32,000 nt of DNA from Longivirga aurantiaca (GCF_042660085.1 NZ_JBHSTI010000002.1:270001-302000), one strand, 5' to 3'; numbered from the stretch's first letter, positions 1 to 9,410 are shown. The notes: generated from the letters alone by a model not told the origin. A program made the numbers and translations.

Positions 1-518
1 TTGAGCGCCAGCCACTCGTCGTCGTCCAGGCCGGGGAGGAACGAGCGCAGCCGGACGCCGTCGGGGAGGCTCGCCGCGGGGAGCGCTGCGAACAAGGAGC
101 GGCGCATCTGCCACAGGACGCGGCTGCGGACGAACCCGAGCGAGGCCGCCAGCGGCGCGGCGCCCCCCTGCTCGCCGTGCGACCAGAGGCGCAGGCGCCC
201 GTCCGGGCTCTCGTCCAGGAGGTGCTGCACGATGCCGTGCCCGACTCCCTGGCGGCGCGCGTCGGGGGTGACGGCGAGCTCCGCGCTCGACCCCGCGACC
301 TTGTCGGTGACATCGAGGTGCGCGTAGCCGACGAGGCGGCCCTCGGACCGTGCCAGCACATGCCGGACGTCGACGTCGCCGCCGTACCGGAGGTGCAGCA
401 TCACGTGCTCGGACAGCGGACGCGTGCCGTCGGACTCGGTGACCTGCTCGACGAGCAAGCCGACCTCACGCACGTCGGTCTCGTCGAGATGCCGGAGCAC
501 CTCCCACTGCACATCCAC
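1..518 (-). CDS. mshD: Mycothiol synthase (GNAT acetyltransferase), N-terminal part, truncated by window edge
   Basis: Manual reverse-strand translation from GTG at 518: MDVQWEVLRHLDETDVREVGLLVEQVTESDGTRPLSEHVMLHLRYGG...LPDGVRLRSFLPGLDDDEWLALN; acetyltransferase pattern and RxFxPGxDxxxWLxLN match MshD; located next to a GlnR-type regulator as in mycobacteria. Not in the supplied ORF track. Confidence 0.85.
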   Translation of the reverse strand, partial: MDVQWEVLRHLDETDVREVGLLVEQVTESDGTRPLSEHVMLHLRYGGDVDVRHVLARSEGRLVGYAHLDVTDKVAGSSAELAVTPDARRQGVGHGIVQHLLDESPDGRLRLWSHGEQGGAAPLAASLGFVRSRVLWQMRRSLFAALPAASLPDGVRLRSFLPGLDDDEWLAL

Positions 519-573
519 GCGCCGACCCTACGGGTCGTCCTCGCCCACGGCCCCCGCAGCAGCCCCGGGCGGG

Positions 574-1299
574 TCAGCCGACGGGCGCGGGCGACGGCTC
601 GGGGACGACGCTGACCTCGTCGCGCGGCGGCGCGATCACGAAGCGGTAGCCGACGTTGCGCACGGTGCCGATGACCGACTCGTGCTCCGGGCCGAGCTTG
701 GCGCGCAGGCGGCGGACGTGGACGTCCACGGTCCGCGTGCCGCCGAAGTAGTCGTAGCCCCAGACCTCCTGCAGCAGCTGGGCGCGGGAGAACACGCGGC
801 CCGGGTGCTGGGCGAGGAACTTGAGGAGCTCGAACTCCTTGTAGGTGAGGTCGAGGATCCGGCCGCGGACCCGTGCGGTGTACGTGGCCTCGTCGATGGC
901 GACGTCGCCGCTGCGGATCTCGTCCGGCACGTCGTCGTCGACGGCGCGGGCCAGCCGTCCGATCGAGAGGCGCAGGCGGGCGTCCACCTCGGCGGGACCG
1001 GCGGTCTCGAGCACGACGTCGTCGACGCCCCACTCGGCAGTGACACCGACGAGGCCGCCCTCGGTCGTGATGAGCAGGACGGGCACGTCGACACCGGTCG
1101 TGCGCAGGAGGCGCGTGAAGCTGCGCACCTGGGGCAGGTCGCGGCGGCCGTCGACCAGGATCGCGTCGCACGCAGGAGCGTCGAGCAGGGCGGTCGCCTC
1201 GGCAGGCAGGACGCGCACATGGTGCGACAGGAGGCCGAGCGCGGGGAGCACCTCGGACGAGGGCAGCAGGGCGTTGGTCAGCAGCAGCAACGTGGGCAC
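574..1299 (-). CDS. glnR: GlnR-type atypical winged-helix response regulator
   Basis: Translation [32 protein letters not shown]...[52 protein letters not shown]...[12 protein letters not shown]: OmpR-type winged helix with a degenerate receiver; adjacency to mshD. Confidence 0.85.
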   Translation of the reverse strand: MPTLLLLTNALLPSSEVLPALGLLSHHVRVLPAEATALLDAPACDAILVDGRRDLPQVRSFTRLLRTTGVDVPVLLITTEGGLVGVTAEWGVDDVVLETAGPAEVDARLRLSIGRLARAVDDDVPDEIRSGDVAIDEATYTARVRGRILDLTYKEFELLKFLAQHPGRVFSRAQLLQEVWGYDYFGGTRTVDVHVRRLRAKLGPEHESVIGTVRNVGYRFVIAPPRDEVSVVPEPSPAPVG

Positions 1300-1404
1300 G
1301 CGGCCTCCTCCCATCGGCGCCGGGGTCCGGGTTCTCCGGTCCTCAAAGCGCGTGAGGACCCGTACGGCGTCGTCGCCGGGGTCCTCGTGGGAGAGACTAG
1401 CAAG

Positions 1405-2289
1405 GTGGATCTGCGTCCCTCGTCCCGGCACCCCGTGCACCCGCCCGAGCGGGTCGTCACCCTGCTGACGGCCGACGGCCAGCGCGTGTCCGCGGCGTAC
1501 GACGCGCCCCTGCCCGGAGCGGTGGACGGGCTGACGATCGTGGTGGCCCACGGGTTCACCGGGAGCTGGCGGCGTCCGGACAACCGCGCGATCGCGCAGG
1601 CGCTCTCTGCCCACGCCGCCGTCGTCTCGTACGACGCGCGCGGGCACGGCCGGTCGTCCGGGGCGACGACGCTCGGCGACGACGAGGTGCTCGACCTGGA
1701 CGCCGTGGCGGCGTGGGCGCGCTGGCTCGGCGCGACGTCGGTGGCGACGGTCGGCTTCTCGATGGGCGGCTCGGTGGTGCTCCGGCACGCGGCGCTCACG
1801 GGCCGCTCGACCCGCGAGGGCGCCGACGCCGTCGTGTCGGTGAGCGCTGCGGGCTTCTGGTTCTACAAGGGCACGGCTCCGATGCGGCTCCTGCACACGG
1901 CGGTGGCCTCGCCCGTCGGCCGCGGGATCCTGCGGCACGGGTTCGGCACCCGGGTGACCGCCACCGAGTGGCAGGAGCCGTACCCGCTGTCGCCGTCGGA
2001 GTCGGCCTCGCTGCTGGCTCCGCTGCCGCTGCTCGTCGTCCACGGCGACCGCGACACCTACTTCCCGCTCGAGCACTCGCGCTCGATCGTGCGGGCCGCC
2101 AGGGCCGGAGCGGCGGAGCGCGGCGTGGCCGACCGCGCCGAGGAGTGGGTGGAGCGAGGGTTCGCGCACGCGGAGTCGGCAGCGACCCCGGACCTCGTCG
2201 ACCGGATCGGCCGGTGGTGCACAGGCGCCGTGGGGCACGATGCACGCGGAGCGGCCGACGGCGCCGTCGCGAGAAGGAGCACCCCGTGA
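1405..2289 (+). CDS. Alpha/beta hydrolase
   Basis: [34 protein letters not shown] (nucleophile elbow GFSMGG), HGDRDTYFP; GTG start at 1405 in frame of ORF 424..2289. Confidence 0.85.
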   Translation: MDLRPSSRHPVHPPERVVTLLTADGQRVSAAYDAPLPGAVDGLTIVVAHGFTGSWRRPDNRAIAQALSAHAAVVSYDARGHGRSSGATTLGDDEVLDLDAVAAWARWLGATSVATVGFSMGGSVVLRHAALTGRSTREGADAVVSVSAAGFWFYKGTAPMRLLHTAVASPVGRGILRHGFGTRVTATEWQEPYPLSPSESASLLAPLPLLVVHGDRDTYFPLEHSRSIVRAARAGAAERGVADRAEEWVERGFAHAESAATPDLVDRIGRWCTGAVGHDARGAADGAVARRSTP

Positions 2290-2588
2290 GCGTGACGGTC
2301 CGCTACTGGGCGGCCGCCAAGGCGGCGGCCGGGGTCGCCGACGAGCAGCTCGACAGCGGAGGCACCCTGGCCTCCCTCCTCGACGGCGTCCGTGCGGCTC
2401 ACGGCACCGAGCTCGCCACCGTCCTGGCACGCTGCTCGTACCTCGTCGACGAGGTGAGCCCGGGCAGGACGCCGCACGCCGAGGTGGTCGTGGCCGACGG
2501 CTCGGTCGTGGACGTGCTCCCGCCCTTCGCCGGCGGCAGTGGCGCGACGGAACAGACGGAGACCCCCGCGGCGTTGGTAGCCCCGTGA
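2286..2588 (+). CDS. MoaD/ThiS-family protein
   Basis: [21 protein letters not shown]...[24 protein letters not shown]; small beta-grasp pattern; overlaps the hydrolase stop. The diglycine is internal, not terminal. Confidence 0.75.
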   Translation: MSVTVRYWAAAKAAAGVADEQLDSGGTLASLLDGVRAAHGTELATVLARCSYLVDEVSPGRTPHAEVVVADGSVVDVLPPFAGGSGATEQTETPAALVAP

Positions 2589-3058
2589 CCGGTGTCTACG
2601 TGGTGCTCGGCGTGCTGGTGCTCGCCACGGCGTTCGGGCTCTACCGACGCCGTACCGACGGCACGATGCGCGAGGTCGAGATCCCTGCCGACACGCAGGA
2701 CTCGAAGAAGGTGCCAGGAGCTCCGATCGGCTCGGGCCACGCGCACCAGGGCGACCGCATGGACACCGCCGACCTCGGGGTCGAGCTCGGCGACCGCGCC
2801 ACGCTCGTGCAGTTCTCGAGCGCCTTCTGCGCCCCGTGCCGCACCACCCGCGTGATCCTCGACGAGGTCGCCGGCCAGGTCGAGGGGGTCACGCACGTGG
2901 AGATCGACGCCGAGGAGCACCTCGACCTCGTGCGCCGCATGGACGTGCGGCGCACCCCGACCGTGCTGGTGCTCGACGCCTCGGGGGCCGTCCGGGTGCG
3001 TGCCGCGGGCGCCCCGCGCAAGGCCGACGTCGTCGCGGCCCTGGGCACGTTCCTGTGA
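2585..3058 (+). CDS. Thioredoxin-like membrane-anchored protein (ThiX-like)
   Basis: N-terminal TM segment plus [22 protein letters not shown] (CAPC active site) and [13 protein letters not shown]; overlaps preceding stop. Confidence 0.85.
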   Translation: MTGVYVVLGVLVLATAFGLYRRRTDGTMREVEIPADTQDSKKVPGAPIGSGHAHQGDRMDTADLGVELGDRATLVQFSSAFCAPCRTTRVILDEVAGQVEGVTHVEIDAEEHLDLVRRMDVRRTPTVLVLDASGAVRVRAAGAPRKADVVAALGTFL

Positions 3059-3073
3059 GCGGCGCTGGCACGC

Positions 3074-3100
3074 GGGTGTTGCGAACGATTCGCAACACCC
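3074..3100. promoter_or_regulatory. Perfect 12-bp inverted repeat with 3-nt spacer (terminator or operator)
   Basis: GGGTGTTGCGAA-CGA-TTCGCAACACCC, 15 nt after the thioredoxin stop and upstream of the leader peptide. Confidence 0.6.
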
Positions 3101-3174
3101 CGACCGGTGGCGGAGCAGTCTCACGATCCGGCACCGGGTGTCCAACTCGTGGACCGGCACCTATCCTCGACCCC

Positions 3175-3252
3175 ATGCAGACGGTGGTTCTCACCAAGCG
3201 ACGCGCAGTGGACTTCTGCCGCGTCGGGTCCTGCATGTGTCGAGCCTCCTGA
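3175..3252 (+). CDS. Putative 25-aa leader peptide of the actinobacterial sulfur/cysteine type
   Basis: MQTVVLTKRRAVDFCRVGSCMCRAS*; matches the remembered 'putative leader peptide' pattern (TRRxHVDLxRVxxxxCR). Confidence 0.75.
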   Translation: MQTVVLTKRRAVDFCRVGSCMCRAS

Positions 3253-3263
3253 ACCGGTAGCCC

Positions 3264-3280
3264 GGGTGCCCATGGCACCC
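3264..3280 (+). promoter_or_regulatory. Hairpin just downstream of leader peptide
   Basis: GGGTGCC-CAT-GGCACCC, perfect 7-bp stem, 12 nt after the leader stop codon. Confidence 0.55.
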
Positions 3281-3331
3281 CCGCGGATCCGGTCGAACGC
3301 AGCCCTTCCGTGCCGCTTCGTAGGAGACACC

Positions 3332-3808
3332 GTGACCACGCTCGACTCCCGCCCCACCGCGACCGCCCGCCCGCGTCAGATCGACGCGCGTGGTCCCCGG
3401 TTCGCTGCCGCGATCACCGTCGTGGTGCTCGCCGCCACGCTCGTGACCATCGACTCCACGCTCTCGGTGGTCCTGCTGGCGGTCCAGGCGGTCGCGTTCG
3501 CGCTCGGCTCGCTCGTGGGCCTGCACGCGCAGCCGTACGGCTGGATCTTCCGCTCGCTCGTCCGCCCGCGGCTCGCGCCGCCCACGAAGTTCGAGGACGT
3601 CGCACCGCCGCGCTTCGCGCAGACCGTCGGTCTCGTCTTCGCCGTCGTCGGTCTCGCCGGTCTCCTCACCGGCGCGACCGTCGTCGCGTACGTCGCGGTG
3701 TCGTTCGCTCTCGCGGCCGCGTTCCTCAACGCCGCGTTCGACTTCTGCCTCGGGTGCGAGATGTACCTGCTCGGCAAGCGCGTGCTCGGCTCGCGCGCCG
3801 CAGCCTGA
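3332..3808 (+). CDS. DUF4395 membrane protein
   Basis: MTTLDSRPTATARPRQIDARGPRFAAAITVVVLAA...FAQTVGLVFAVVGLAGLL...AAFLNAAFDFCLGCEMYLLGKRV; FCLGCEMY typical of this family. Confidence 0.8.
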   Translation: MTTLDSRPTATARPRQIDARGPRFAAAITVVVLAATLVTIDSTLSVVLLAVQAVAFALGSLVGLHAQPYGWIFRSLVRPRLAPPTKFEDVAPPRFAQTVGLVFAVVGLAGLLTGATVVAYVAVSFALAAAFLNAAFDFCLGCEMYLLGKRVLGSRAAA

Positions 3809-3905
3809 CCCACCCGGTCCTCGCGGCGCCGGCCGCCGTCGTGCAGCTTCGCCGCGACCGGCGACGGCACGAACGTCCCTCCGCCCTCACCTCGAAGGAC
3901 TCCTC

Positions 3906-4154
3906 ATGGCTCCTCAGGCCGTCATCCAGGGCACGGTGTCGCAGGCCGGCCGGCCGGTCGGCGGCGCGTACGTGCGCCTGTCCGTCCCCGGTGGCCGGCT
4001 CGCGGCCGAGGTGCCCACGAGCAAGACCGGGACGTTCCGCTTCTTCGCCGCCCCGGGCAGCTGGACCCTGACGACCCTGGCGCCGGGCTCGACCGTCGAC
4101 CGCACGGTCGCCGTCGAGCAGGACCAGGTCTCCGAGGTCCACGTCGCGATCTGA
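3906..4154 (+). CDS. DUF1416 protein (SseC-like)
   Basis: MAPQAVIQGTVSQAGRPVGGAYVRLSVPGGRLAAEVPTSKTGTFRFFAAPGSWTLTTLAPGSTVDRTV. Confidence 0.85.
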   Translation: MAPQAVIQGTVSQAGRPVGGAYVRLSVPGGRLAAEVPTSKTGTFRFFAAPGSWTLTTLAPGSTVDRTVAVEQDQVSEVHVAI

Positions 4155-4217
4155 CGCGACCCACCGTCCACACTCCCGACCCTCACCGCACCACCGAAAC
4201 CGACAGGAGATCCACCC

Positions 4218-4850
4218 ATGTCCATCCGCCTCGGCGACGTCGCCCCCGACTTCAGCGCCGACACCACCGCCGGCCCCATCAGCTTCCACGACTGGAAGGC
4301 CGGCAGCTGGGCCGTGCTGTTCAGCCACCCGGCCGACTTCACCCCCGTCTGCACCACCGAGCTCGGCCGCACCGCCTCGCTCAAGGGCGAGTTCGACAAG
4401 CGCAACGTCAAGGCCATCGCGGTGTCGGTGGACGGCGTCGAGAGCCACAACGCATGGGCCGGCGACATCAAGGACGTCAGCGGCAGCGAGCTCAACTTCC
4501 CGATCATCGGCGACGAGAGCCGTGAGGTCTCGCTGGCCTACGACATGATCCACCCGGGCGAGGGCGACACCTCCACCGTGCGCTCGGTGTTCATCATCGA
4601 CCCCAACAACAAGGTGCGCCTCACGCTCACCTACCCGAAGTCCGTCGGCCGCAACTTCGACGAGATCGTCCGCGTCATCGACGCCCTGCAGCTCACCGAC
4701 AAGGCGACCGTCTCGACGCCGGTCGACTGGACGCCGGGCTCGCGCGTCATCGTCGCGCCGACCATCTCGACCGAGGACGCCAGGGAGAAGTTCGGCGAGG
4801 TCGAGGAGGTCAAGCCGTACCTGCGCTGGACCCCGCAGCCGAACGTCTGA
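4218..4850 (+). CDS. Peroxiredoxin, AhpC/TSA 1-Cys (Prdx6-like) type
   Basis: MSIRLGDVAPDFSADTTAGPISFHDWKAGSWAVLFSHPADFTPVCTTELGRTA...YPKSVGRNFDEIVRVIDALQLTD. Confidence 0.92.
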   Translation: MSIRLGDVAPDFSADTTAGPISFHDWKAGSWAVLFSHPADFTPVCTTELGRTASLKGEFDKRNVKAIAVSVDGVESHNAWAGDIKDVSGSELNFPIIGDESREVSLAYDMIHPGEGDTSTVRSVFIIDPNNKVRLTLTYPKSVGRNFDEIVRVIDALQLTDKATVSTPVDWTPGSRVIVAPTISTEDAREKFGEVEEVKPYLRWTPQPNV

Positions 4851-4896
4851 CCCGCCTCACCCCTCAGTCTCCCCGGCTCCCGCCGGTGAGGGTCGG

Positions 4897-4930
4897 AACG
4901 GCCGTGGACCTCTCGAGGTCCACGGCCGTT
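4897..4930. terminator. Bidirectional terminator-like hairpin between convergent genes
   Basis: AACGGCCGTGGACCT-CTCG-AGGTCCACGGCCGTT, perfect 15-bp arms. Confidence 0.75.
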
Positions 4931-4946
4931 CTTACGTCCTCCGTGG

Positions 4947-5498
4947 TCAGGCGGCGGCGGGCCAGTCGGCGATGGGGTCGAGGGCGAGCGTGGCTGTGCG
5001 GATCATCTCGCTCAGGTCGCGCGGGGAGTGCCGCAGGTAGAGCGGGCCGCTGCCGTCGACGAGCATCTCGTGCACCAGCGCGACGCCGCGGGCGGACACC
5101 GGGACGGGCGCGACGAGCTGGTCGACCAGCTCCGCGAGGTCGCGCTCGACCTCGCGCACGGCGGGCAGGTCGGCAAGCGGGGGCTGGCGACGTCGCAGCG
5201 GGCTGGACGCCTCGTGCAGCACACGGCTGATCGCGCGGGCGAGCGCGAGGCGGGTAGAGGGCCGGGCGAGACGCTGGGCGCGCAGCGACAGCAGCGGGTG
5301 CGACTCGGGGCTGCGACCTGCGGCGAGCTGGCGGTCGAGCCGTGCGGCGAGGATCCGGGCGAGGACGCGCTCGCGCCGGGTGGCCTCGCGGGCCTCGACG
5401 CCCCACGGCCCGGTCTCGACCACGCAGGGCACCGATCGACGACCGTCACTCCGCCTCGCGATCATCGCGACCACTCCCCGGCCCGGCACTCTGGGCAT
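4947..5498 (-). CDS. Hypothetical protein (start uncertain)
   Basis: 183-aa ORF ...LPAVREVERDLAELVDQLVAPVPVSARGVALVHEMLVDGSGPLYLRHSPRDLSEMIRTATLALDP; ends just after the shared terminator. Confidence 0.6.
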   Translation of the reverse strand: MPRVPGRGVVAMIARRSDGRRSVPCVVETGPWGVEAREATRRERVLARILAARLDRQLAAGRSPESHPLLSLRAQRLARPSTRLALARAISRVLHEASSPLRRRQPPLADLPAVREVERDLAELVDQLVAPVPVSARGVALVHEMLVDGSGPLYLRHSPRDLSEMIRTATLALDPIADWPAAA

Positions 5499-5598
5499 CC
5501 ATCCGGTGCGTACCCGATGGTTGTCGGCAGTCGGAGCCCCCGTCCTTCGCCTCGTCCAGTGTCACCCTTGCCACAGGCCCACGCCACCGATCGGCGCC

Positions 5599-5961
5599 TC
5601 AGTAGACGAGGGCCTGGGTGTCGTCGGAGAGGGCTTCGGCCAGGAAGGTCGCAGCGCCGGCGATGCGCGCGCCCGGCGCGAGGTCGCCCTCGGCGATGCC
5701 GCGGCGCACGGCGCACTGCGTGCACACCGTCACCTGCCCGCCGGCGAGCACGGCCTCCACGAGGTCGGCGAGGGGTGTGGAGTGCGCGAGCGCGAGATCC
5801 GGCACCCGACCGGTGACCCCGAGCCAGACGGCATCGCCGGTCAACCACAGCGAGGTCTCGACTCCGGAGGCCACGGCGGTCGCGGCGACGGTGAGGGCTT
5901 GGGACAACCGCTCCGGCGCCTCGGCGCCGCAGGTGACCTTGACGACCAGACGGCGTGCCAC
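5599..5961 (-). CDS. DsrE-family-like protein
   Basis: MARRLVVKVTCGAEAPERLSQALTVAATAVASGVETSLWLTGDAVWLGVTGR...VTVCTQCAVRRGI...IAGAATFLAEAL; GTG start preceded by GAGGAGG. Confidence 0.75.
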   Translation of the reverse strand: MARRLVVKVTCGAEAPERLSQALTVAATAVASGVETSLWLTGDAVWLGVTGRVPDLALAHSTPLADLVEAVLAGGQVTVCTQCAVRRGIAEGDLAPGARIAGAATFLAEALSDDTQALVY

Positions 5962-6070
5962 GACTGCCTCCTCGGGGTGGGTACCGGCCACGGTAACGCG
6001 GACGGTGGCGGTGCGGCTCCGAGGGTCGTGGGGGAGGCGCAGATACGATGCGCGCGTGGTGGAGACCGTC

Positions 6071-6151
6071 ATGACCGTGCTGCTGGTGCTGGTCATCGTC
6101 GCCGTCGTCGGCGTCGCCGGCACCGTCGTCGTCCGCCTGTACCGCGGCTGA
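6071..6151 (+). CDS. Possible very small single-TM membrane protein (26 aa)
   Basis: MTVLLVLVIVAVVGVAGTVVVRLYRG*, directly upstream of the nitrobindin-like gene; alternative in-frame GTG starts exist upstream. Confidence 0.4.
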   Translation: MTVLLVLVIVAVVGVAGTVVVRLYRG

Positions 6152-6175
6152 CCCCGCCCGATCGAGAGGCCCGCG

Positions 6176-6736
6176 ATGAGCACCCCCGACGAGTCCGCAG
6201 CGCCCGCACCGGACCTGCCCGACCTCGGCTACCCGATCGAGCTCGCGCACCTGTCATGGCTCATCGGCAGCTGGGTCGGGGTGGGCCTCGGGCAGTACCC
6301 GACGATCGAGGACTTCCGGTTCGGCCAGGAGGTCACCTTCGCGACCGACGGCCGCCCGTTCCTGTCGTACTGGAGCCGCAGCTGGGAGCTCGACGACGAC
6401 GGCAACCGCATCAAGCCGCGGGCCACGGAATCGGGCTTCCTGCGGCCGCGGCCGGACAACGGCGTCGAGATGCTGCTCGCGCACCCGAGCGGATACGCCG
6501 AGGTCTGGGTCGGGAAGGTCGTCGTCGACGCCATCGAGAACGCCGTCATCACCGGCGCCCACGCCGAGCTGCACACCGACGTCGTCGCGCGCACCGAGTC
6601 GGCCAAGGAGGTCACCGGTGGCGGCCGGCTCTACGGCCTGCGCGAGGGCGACCTGCTCTGGACGTACGACATGGCAGCGGTCGGCCAGCCGCTCACCAAC
6701 CACCTGTCGGCGCGCCTCAAGCGGGTGACCCCGTGA
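6176..6736 (+). CDS. Nitrobindin-like / FABP family heme-binding beta-barrel protein
   Basis: ELAHLSWLIGSWVGVGLGQYPTIEDFRFGQEVTF...GRPFLSYWSRSWELDDDG...HPSGYAEVWVGKV; GSWxGxGxGxYP motif. Confidence 0.88.
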   Translation: MSTPDESAAPAPDLPDLGYPIELAHLSWLIGSWVGVGLGQYPTIEDFRFGQEVTFATDGRPFLSYWSRSWELDDDGNRIKPRATESGFLRPRPDNGVEMLLAHPSGYAEVWVGKVVVDAIENAVITGAHAELHTDVVARTESAKEVTGGGRLYGLREGDLLWTYDMAAVGQPLTNHLSARLKRVTP

Positions 6737-7170
6737 CCCAGTCCGCCGAGTGGGAGCAGCGCCTGCGTCGGGGCGGGTACCGCATCACGCCCCAGCGCCA
6801 GCTGGTCCTCGAGGCCGTCGAGCGGCTGCGGCACGGGACGCCGGAGGAGATCCTCGCCGAGGTGCAGCGCACCGCCTCCGGCGTGAACCTCTCCACGATC
6901 TACCGCAACCTCGAGGTGCTCGAGGAGGTCGGACTGGTCACGCACGCGCACATCGGGCACGGAGCACCGACGTACCACGCGGTCGACGACCACGTGCACA
7001 TCCACCTGGTCTGCGACACGTGCGCCGCCGTGCAGAGCATCGGCGCGGGCATTGCCGAGGACTTCCTCGACGAGCTGCGCCGCACGACCGGGTTCGTGAC
7101 CGATATCAGCCACGTCGCCCTGCACGGCACCTGCGCCGACTGCAGCGCCAAGGGCGTCGGCACCCACTGA
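6733..7170 (+). CDS. Fur-family transcriptional regulator
   Basis: RITPQRQLVLEAVERLRHGTPEEILAEVQRTASGVNLSTIYRNLEVLEEVGLVTHAHIGHGAPTYHA...HIHLVCDTC...CADC; overlaps preceding stop. Confidence 0.9.
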   Translation: MTQSAEWEQRLRRGGYRITPQRQLVLEAVERLRHGTPEEILAEVQRTASGVNLSTIYRNLEVLEEVGLVTHAHIGHGAPTYHAVDDHVHIHLVCDTCAAVQSIGAGIAEDFLDELRRTTGFVTDISHVALHGTCADCSAKGVGTH

Positions 7171-7216
7171 CCCGAGCCGGGGGAAGGATCTCGCCCCCCG
7201 GGTCGTTGGAGACGCT

Positions 7217-8257
7217 GTGACCACCTACCGCAGTCCGCTGCTCGAGCTGCCCGGCGCGTGCCCCGCGCCCGAGGGGTCGCCGGACTCCGGCGTGCCGTGG
7301 CACTACGGCGACCCGCACGGCGAGCAGCGGCTGCTGGCATCGGGTGAGGGCTGGGTCGACCTGTCGCACCGCGGGGTCATCTCGGTCACGGGCCCTGACC
7401 GGCTGACGTGGCTGCACTCGCTGACGACCCAGCACGTCGAGTCGCTCGTGCCGGGGGAGTCCGCGCTCGACCTCGTCCTCGACCCGCACGGCCATGTGGA
7501 GCACGAGCTGCACCTGGTCGACGACGGCGAGACCACGTGGATCAGCGTGGAGCCCGCCTCGACCGCGCCCCTCGTGGCGTACCTCGACCGGATGCGGTTC
7601 ATGCTGCGCGTCGAGGTCGCAGACAGAACCGACGAGTATGCCGTCGTCGCCGAGCCGGTCGGCGAGCCGCACGGCTCGCTCCCGACGTACGTGATCCCCC
7701 GCGAGTTCGGGGTGCTCGTCGCGGGCGACGCGGCGTCGGAGAAGTACGTGCCGCTGCGGCCCGACGTCCTCATCGGGCGGGAGGTGCTCGTGCCGCGGGC
7801 CGACCTGCTCGCGTACGTCGACGGACGCCGCGGCGCCGGCACCTGGGCCTGGGAGGCGCTGCGCGTCGCTGCGGGCGTGCCCCGATTCGGTCTCGACACC
7901 GACCACCGCACCATCCCGCAGGAGCTGGGCTGGGTGCCCTCGGCGGTGCACCTGCAGAAGGGGTGCTACCGCGGGCAGGAGACGGTCGCGCGGGTGCACA
8001 ACCTCGGCCGTCCTCCGCGCAGGCTCGTGCAGCTGCACCTCGACGGCAGCGCCGCGCGCACACCGTCACCCGGTGACCCGGTGCTCGCCGACGGCCGCGA
8101 GGTAGGTCGGCTCACGTCGGTCGCGCTGCACCACGAGCTCGGCCCGGTGGCGCTCGCCGTGGTGAAGCGGTCGGTGCCGCTCGACGCCGAGCTCGTCGTC
8201 GGACCGATCGAGTCAGGCGCTGTGTCGGCGTCGCAGGAGACCGTCGTCACCGCCTGA
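7217..8257 (+). CDS. ygfZ: Folate-binding protein YgfZ / GcvT-like
   Basis: WVDLSHRGVISVTGPDRLTWLHSLTTQHVESL...EVGRLTSVALH; KGCYRGQETVAR signature. Confidence 0.9.
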   Translation: MTTYRSPLLELPGACPAPEGSPDSGVPWHYGDPHGEQRLLASGEGWVDLSHRGVISVTGPDRLTWLHSLTTQHVESLVPGESALDLVLDPHGHVEHELHLVDDGETTWISVEPASTAPLVAYLDRMRFMLRVEVADRTDEYAVVAEPVGEPHGSLPTYVIPREFGVLVAGDAASEKYVPLRPDVLIGREVLVPRADLLAYVDGRRGAGTWAWEALRVAAGVPRFGLDTDHRTIPQELGWVPSAVHLQKGCYRGQETVARVHNLGRPPRRLVQLHLDGSAARTPSPGDPVLADGREVGRLTSVALHHELGPVALAVVKRSVPLDAELVVGPIESGAVSASQETVVTA

Positions 8258-8500
8258 CCGACACGTCGGCCTATCCCGCTGATCCGTTGCAGGACAATGG
8301 ATCCACGGGTTCCCGTCCGGCAGCGGACGACGTGGGAGCGTGATCACGACGGTCGGCGCCGAGCCTCGAGCAGCGCGGTCGGCGAGCGTGCCGATCAACC
8401 AGTGTCCGTCGTCACAGCCAGGAAACGCCCGCGGAACGTCGTCTTTGGCATGCTGTGGGTCCGAGCCGCGACGTCGTGGCCCGACTTGGGAGGAGCACCG

Positions 8501-9400
8501 ATGACGAAGGTGACGAAGGCGGTCATCCCGGCAGCAGGTCTCGGCACGCGGTTCCTGCCCGCGACCAAGGCGACTCCCAAGGAGATGCTCCCCGTCGTCG
8601 ACACCCCCGCCATCGAGCTGGTGGTGCAGGAGGCCGCCAACGCCGGCCTCACCGACGTGCTCATGGTGACCGGCCGCAGCAAGCGCGCGCTCGAGGACCA
8701 TTTCGACCGCGCCGCCGAGCTCGAGACCACGCTCGAGGCCAAGGGCGACCTGGAGAAGCTGGCCCTGGTACGCCACAGCACCGACATGGCGACGGTCCAC
8801 TACGTACGTCAGGGCGAGCCGCGCGGCCTCGGGCACGCCGTCCTCTGCGCCTCCCGGCACGTCGGCAAGGAGCCGTTCGCGGTCCTGCTCGGCGACGACC
8901 TCATCGACCCGCGCGACCCGCTGCTCACCCGCATGGTCGACCTGCGCGAGCAGCTCGGCGGCAGCGTCGTCGCGCTCATGGAGGTGCCGCGCTCGCAGAT
9001 CCACCTGTACGGCTGTGCGGCCATCGAGGCGATCGGGGACGACCCCGACGTCGTGCGCATCACCGATCTCGTCGAGAAGCCGGCGACGGACGAGGCCCCC
9101 AGCCTCTACGCCGTCATCGGCCGGTACGTGCTCGACCCGCACGTGTTCGACATCCTCGAGCGCACCGAGCCCGGCCGCGGTGGAGAGATCCAGCTGACCG
9201 ACGCGCTGCGCGTGCTCGCGGCCGACACCCCGTCGGCGATCGGCGGCGGAGTGACCGGCATCGTGTTCCGCGGCCGCCGCTACGACACGGGCGACCGGCA
9301 GTCGTACCTCCAGGCCGTCGTCCGCCTCGCCTGCGAGCGCGACGACCTCGGCCCCGAGTTCGCCGCCTGGCTCAAGGAGTTCGTCCCCACCCTCCCCTAG
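8501..9400 (+). CDS. galU: UTP--glucose-1-phosphate uridylyltransferase
   Basis: MTKVTKAVIPAAGLGTRFLPATKATPKEMLPVVDTPAIELVVQEA...FAVLLGDDLID...YVLDPHVFDILERTEPGRGGEIQLTDAL. Confidence 0.95.
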   Translation: MTKVTKAVIPAAGLGTRFLPATKATPKEMLPVVDTPAIELVVQEAANAGLTDVLMVTGRSKRALEDHFDRAAELETTLEAKGDLEKLALVRHSTDMATVHYVRQGEPRGLGHAVLCASRHVGKEPFAVLLGDDLIDPRDPLLTRMVDLREQLGGSVVALMEVPRSQIHLYGCAAIEAIGDDPDVVRITDLVEKPATDEAPSLYAVIGRYVLDPHVFDILERTEPGRGGEIQLTDALRVLAADTPSAIGGGVTGIVFRGRRYDTGDRQSYLQAVVRLACERDDLGPEFAAWLKEFVPTLP

Positions 9401-9410
9401 CCCGGGGTTT

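Noticed and set aside
424-2289. Full-length 621-aa ORF including the region upstream of the hydrolase
   Set aside because: The upstream part is antisense to the GlnR-type gene and has no coherent protein pattern; hydrolase start placed at 1405.
574-2430. 618-aa minus ORF as a single gene
   Set aside because: Only the part up to 1299 is the GlnR-type regulator; the remainder is antisense to the hydrolase.
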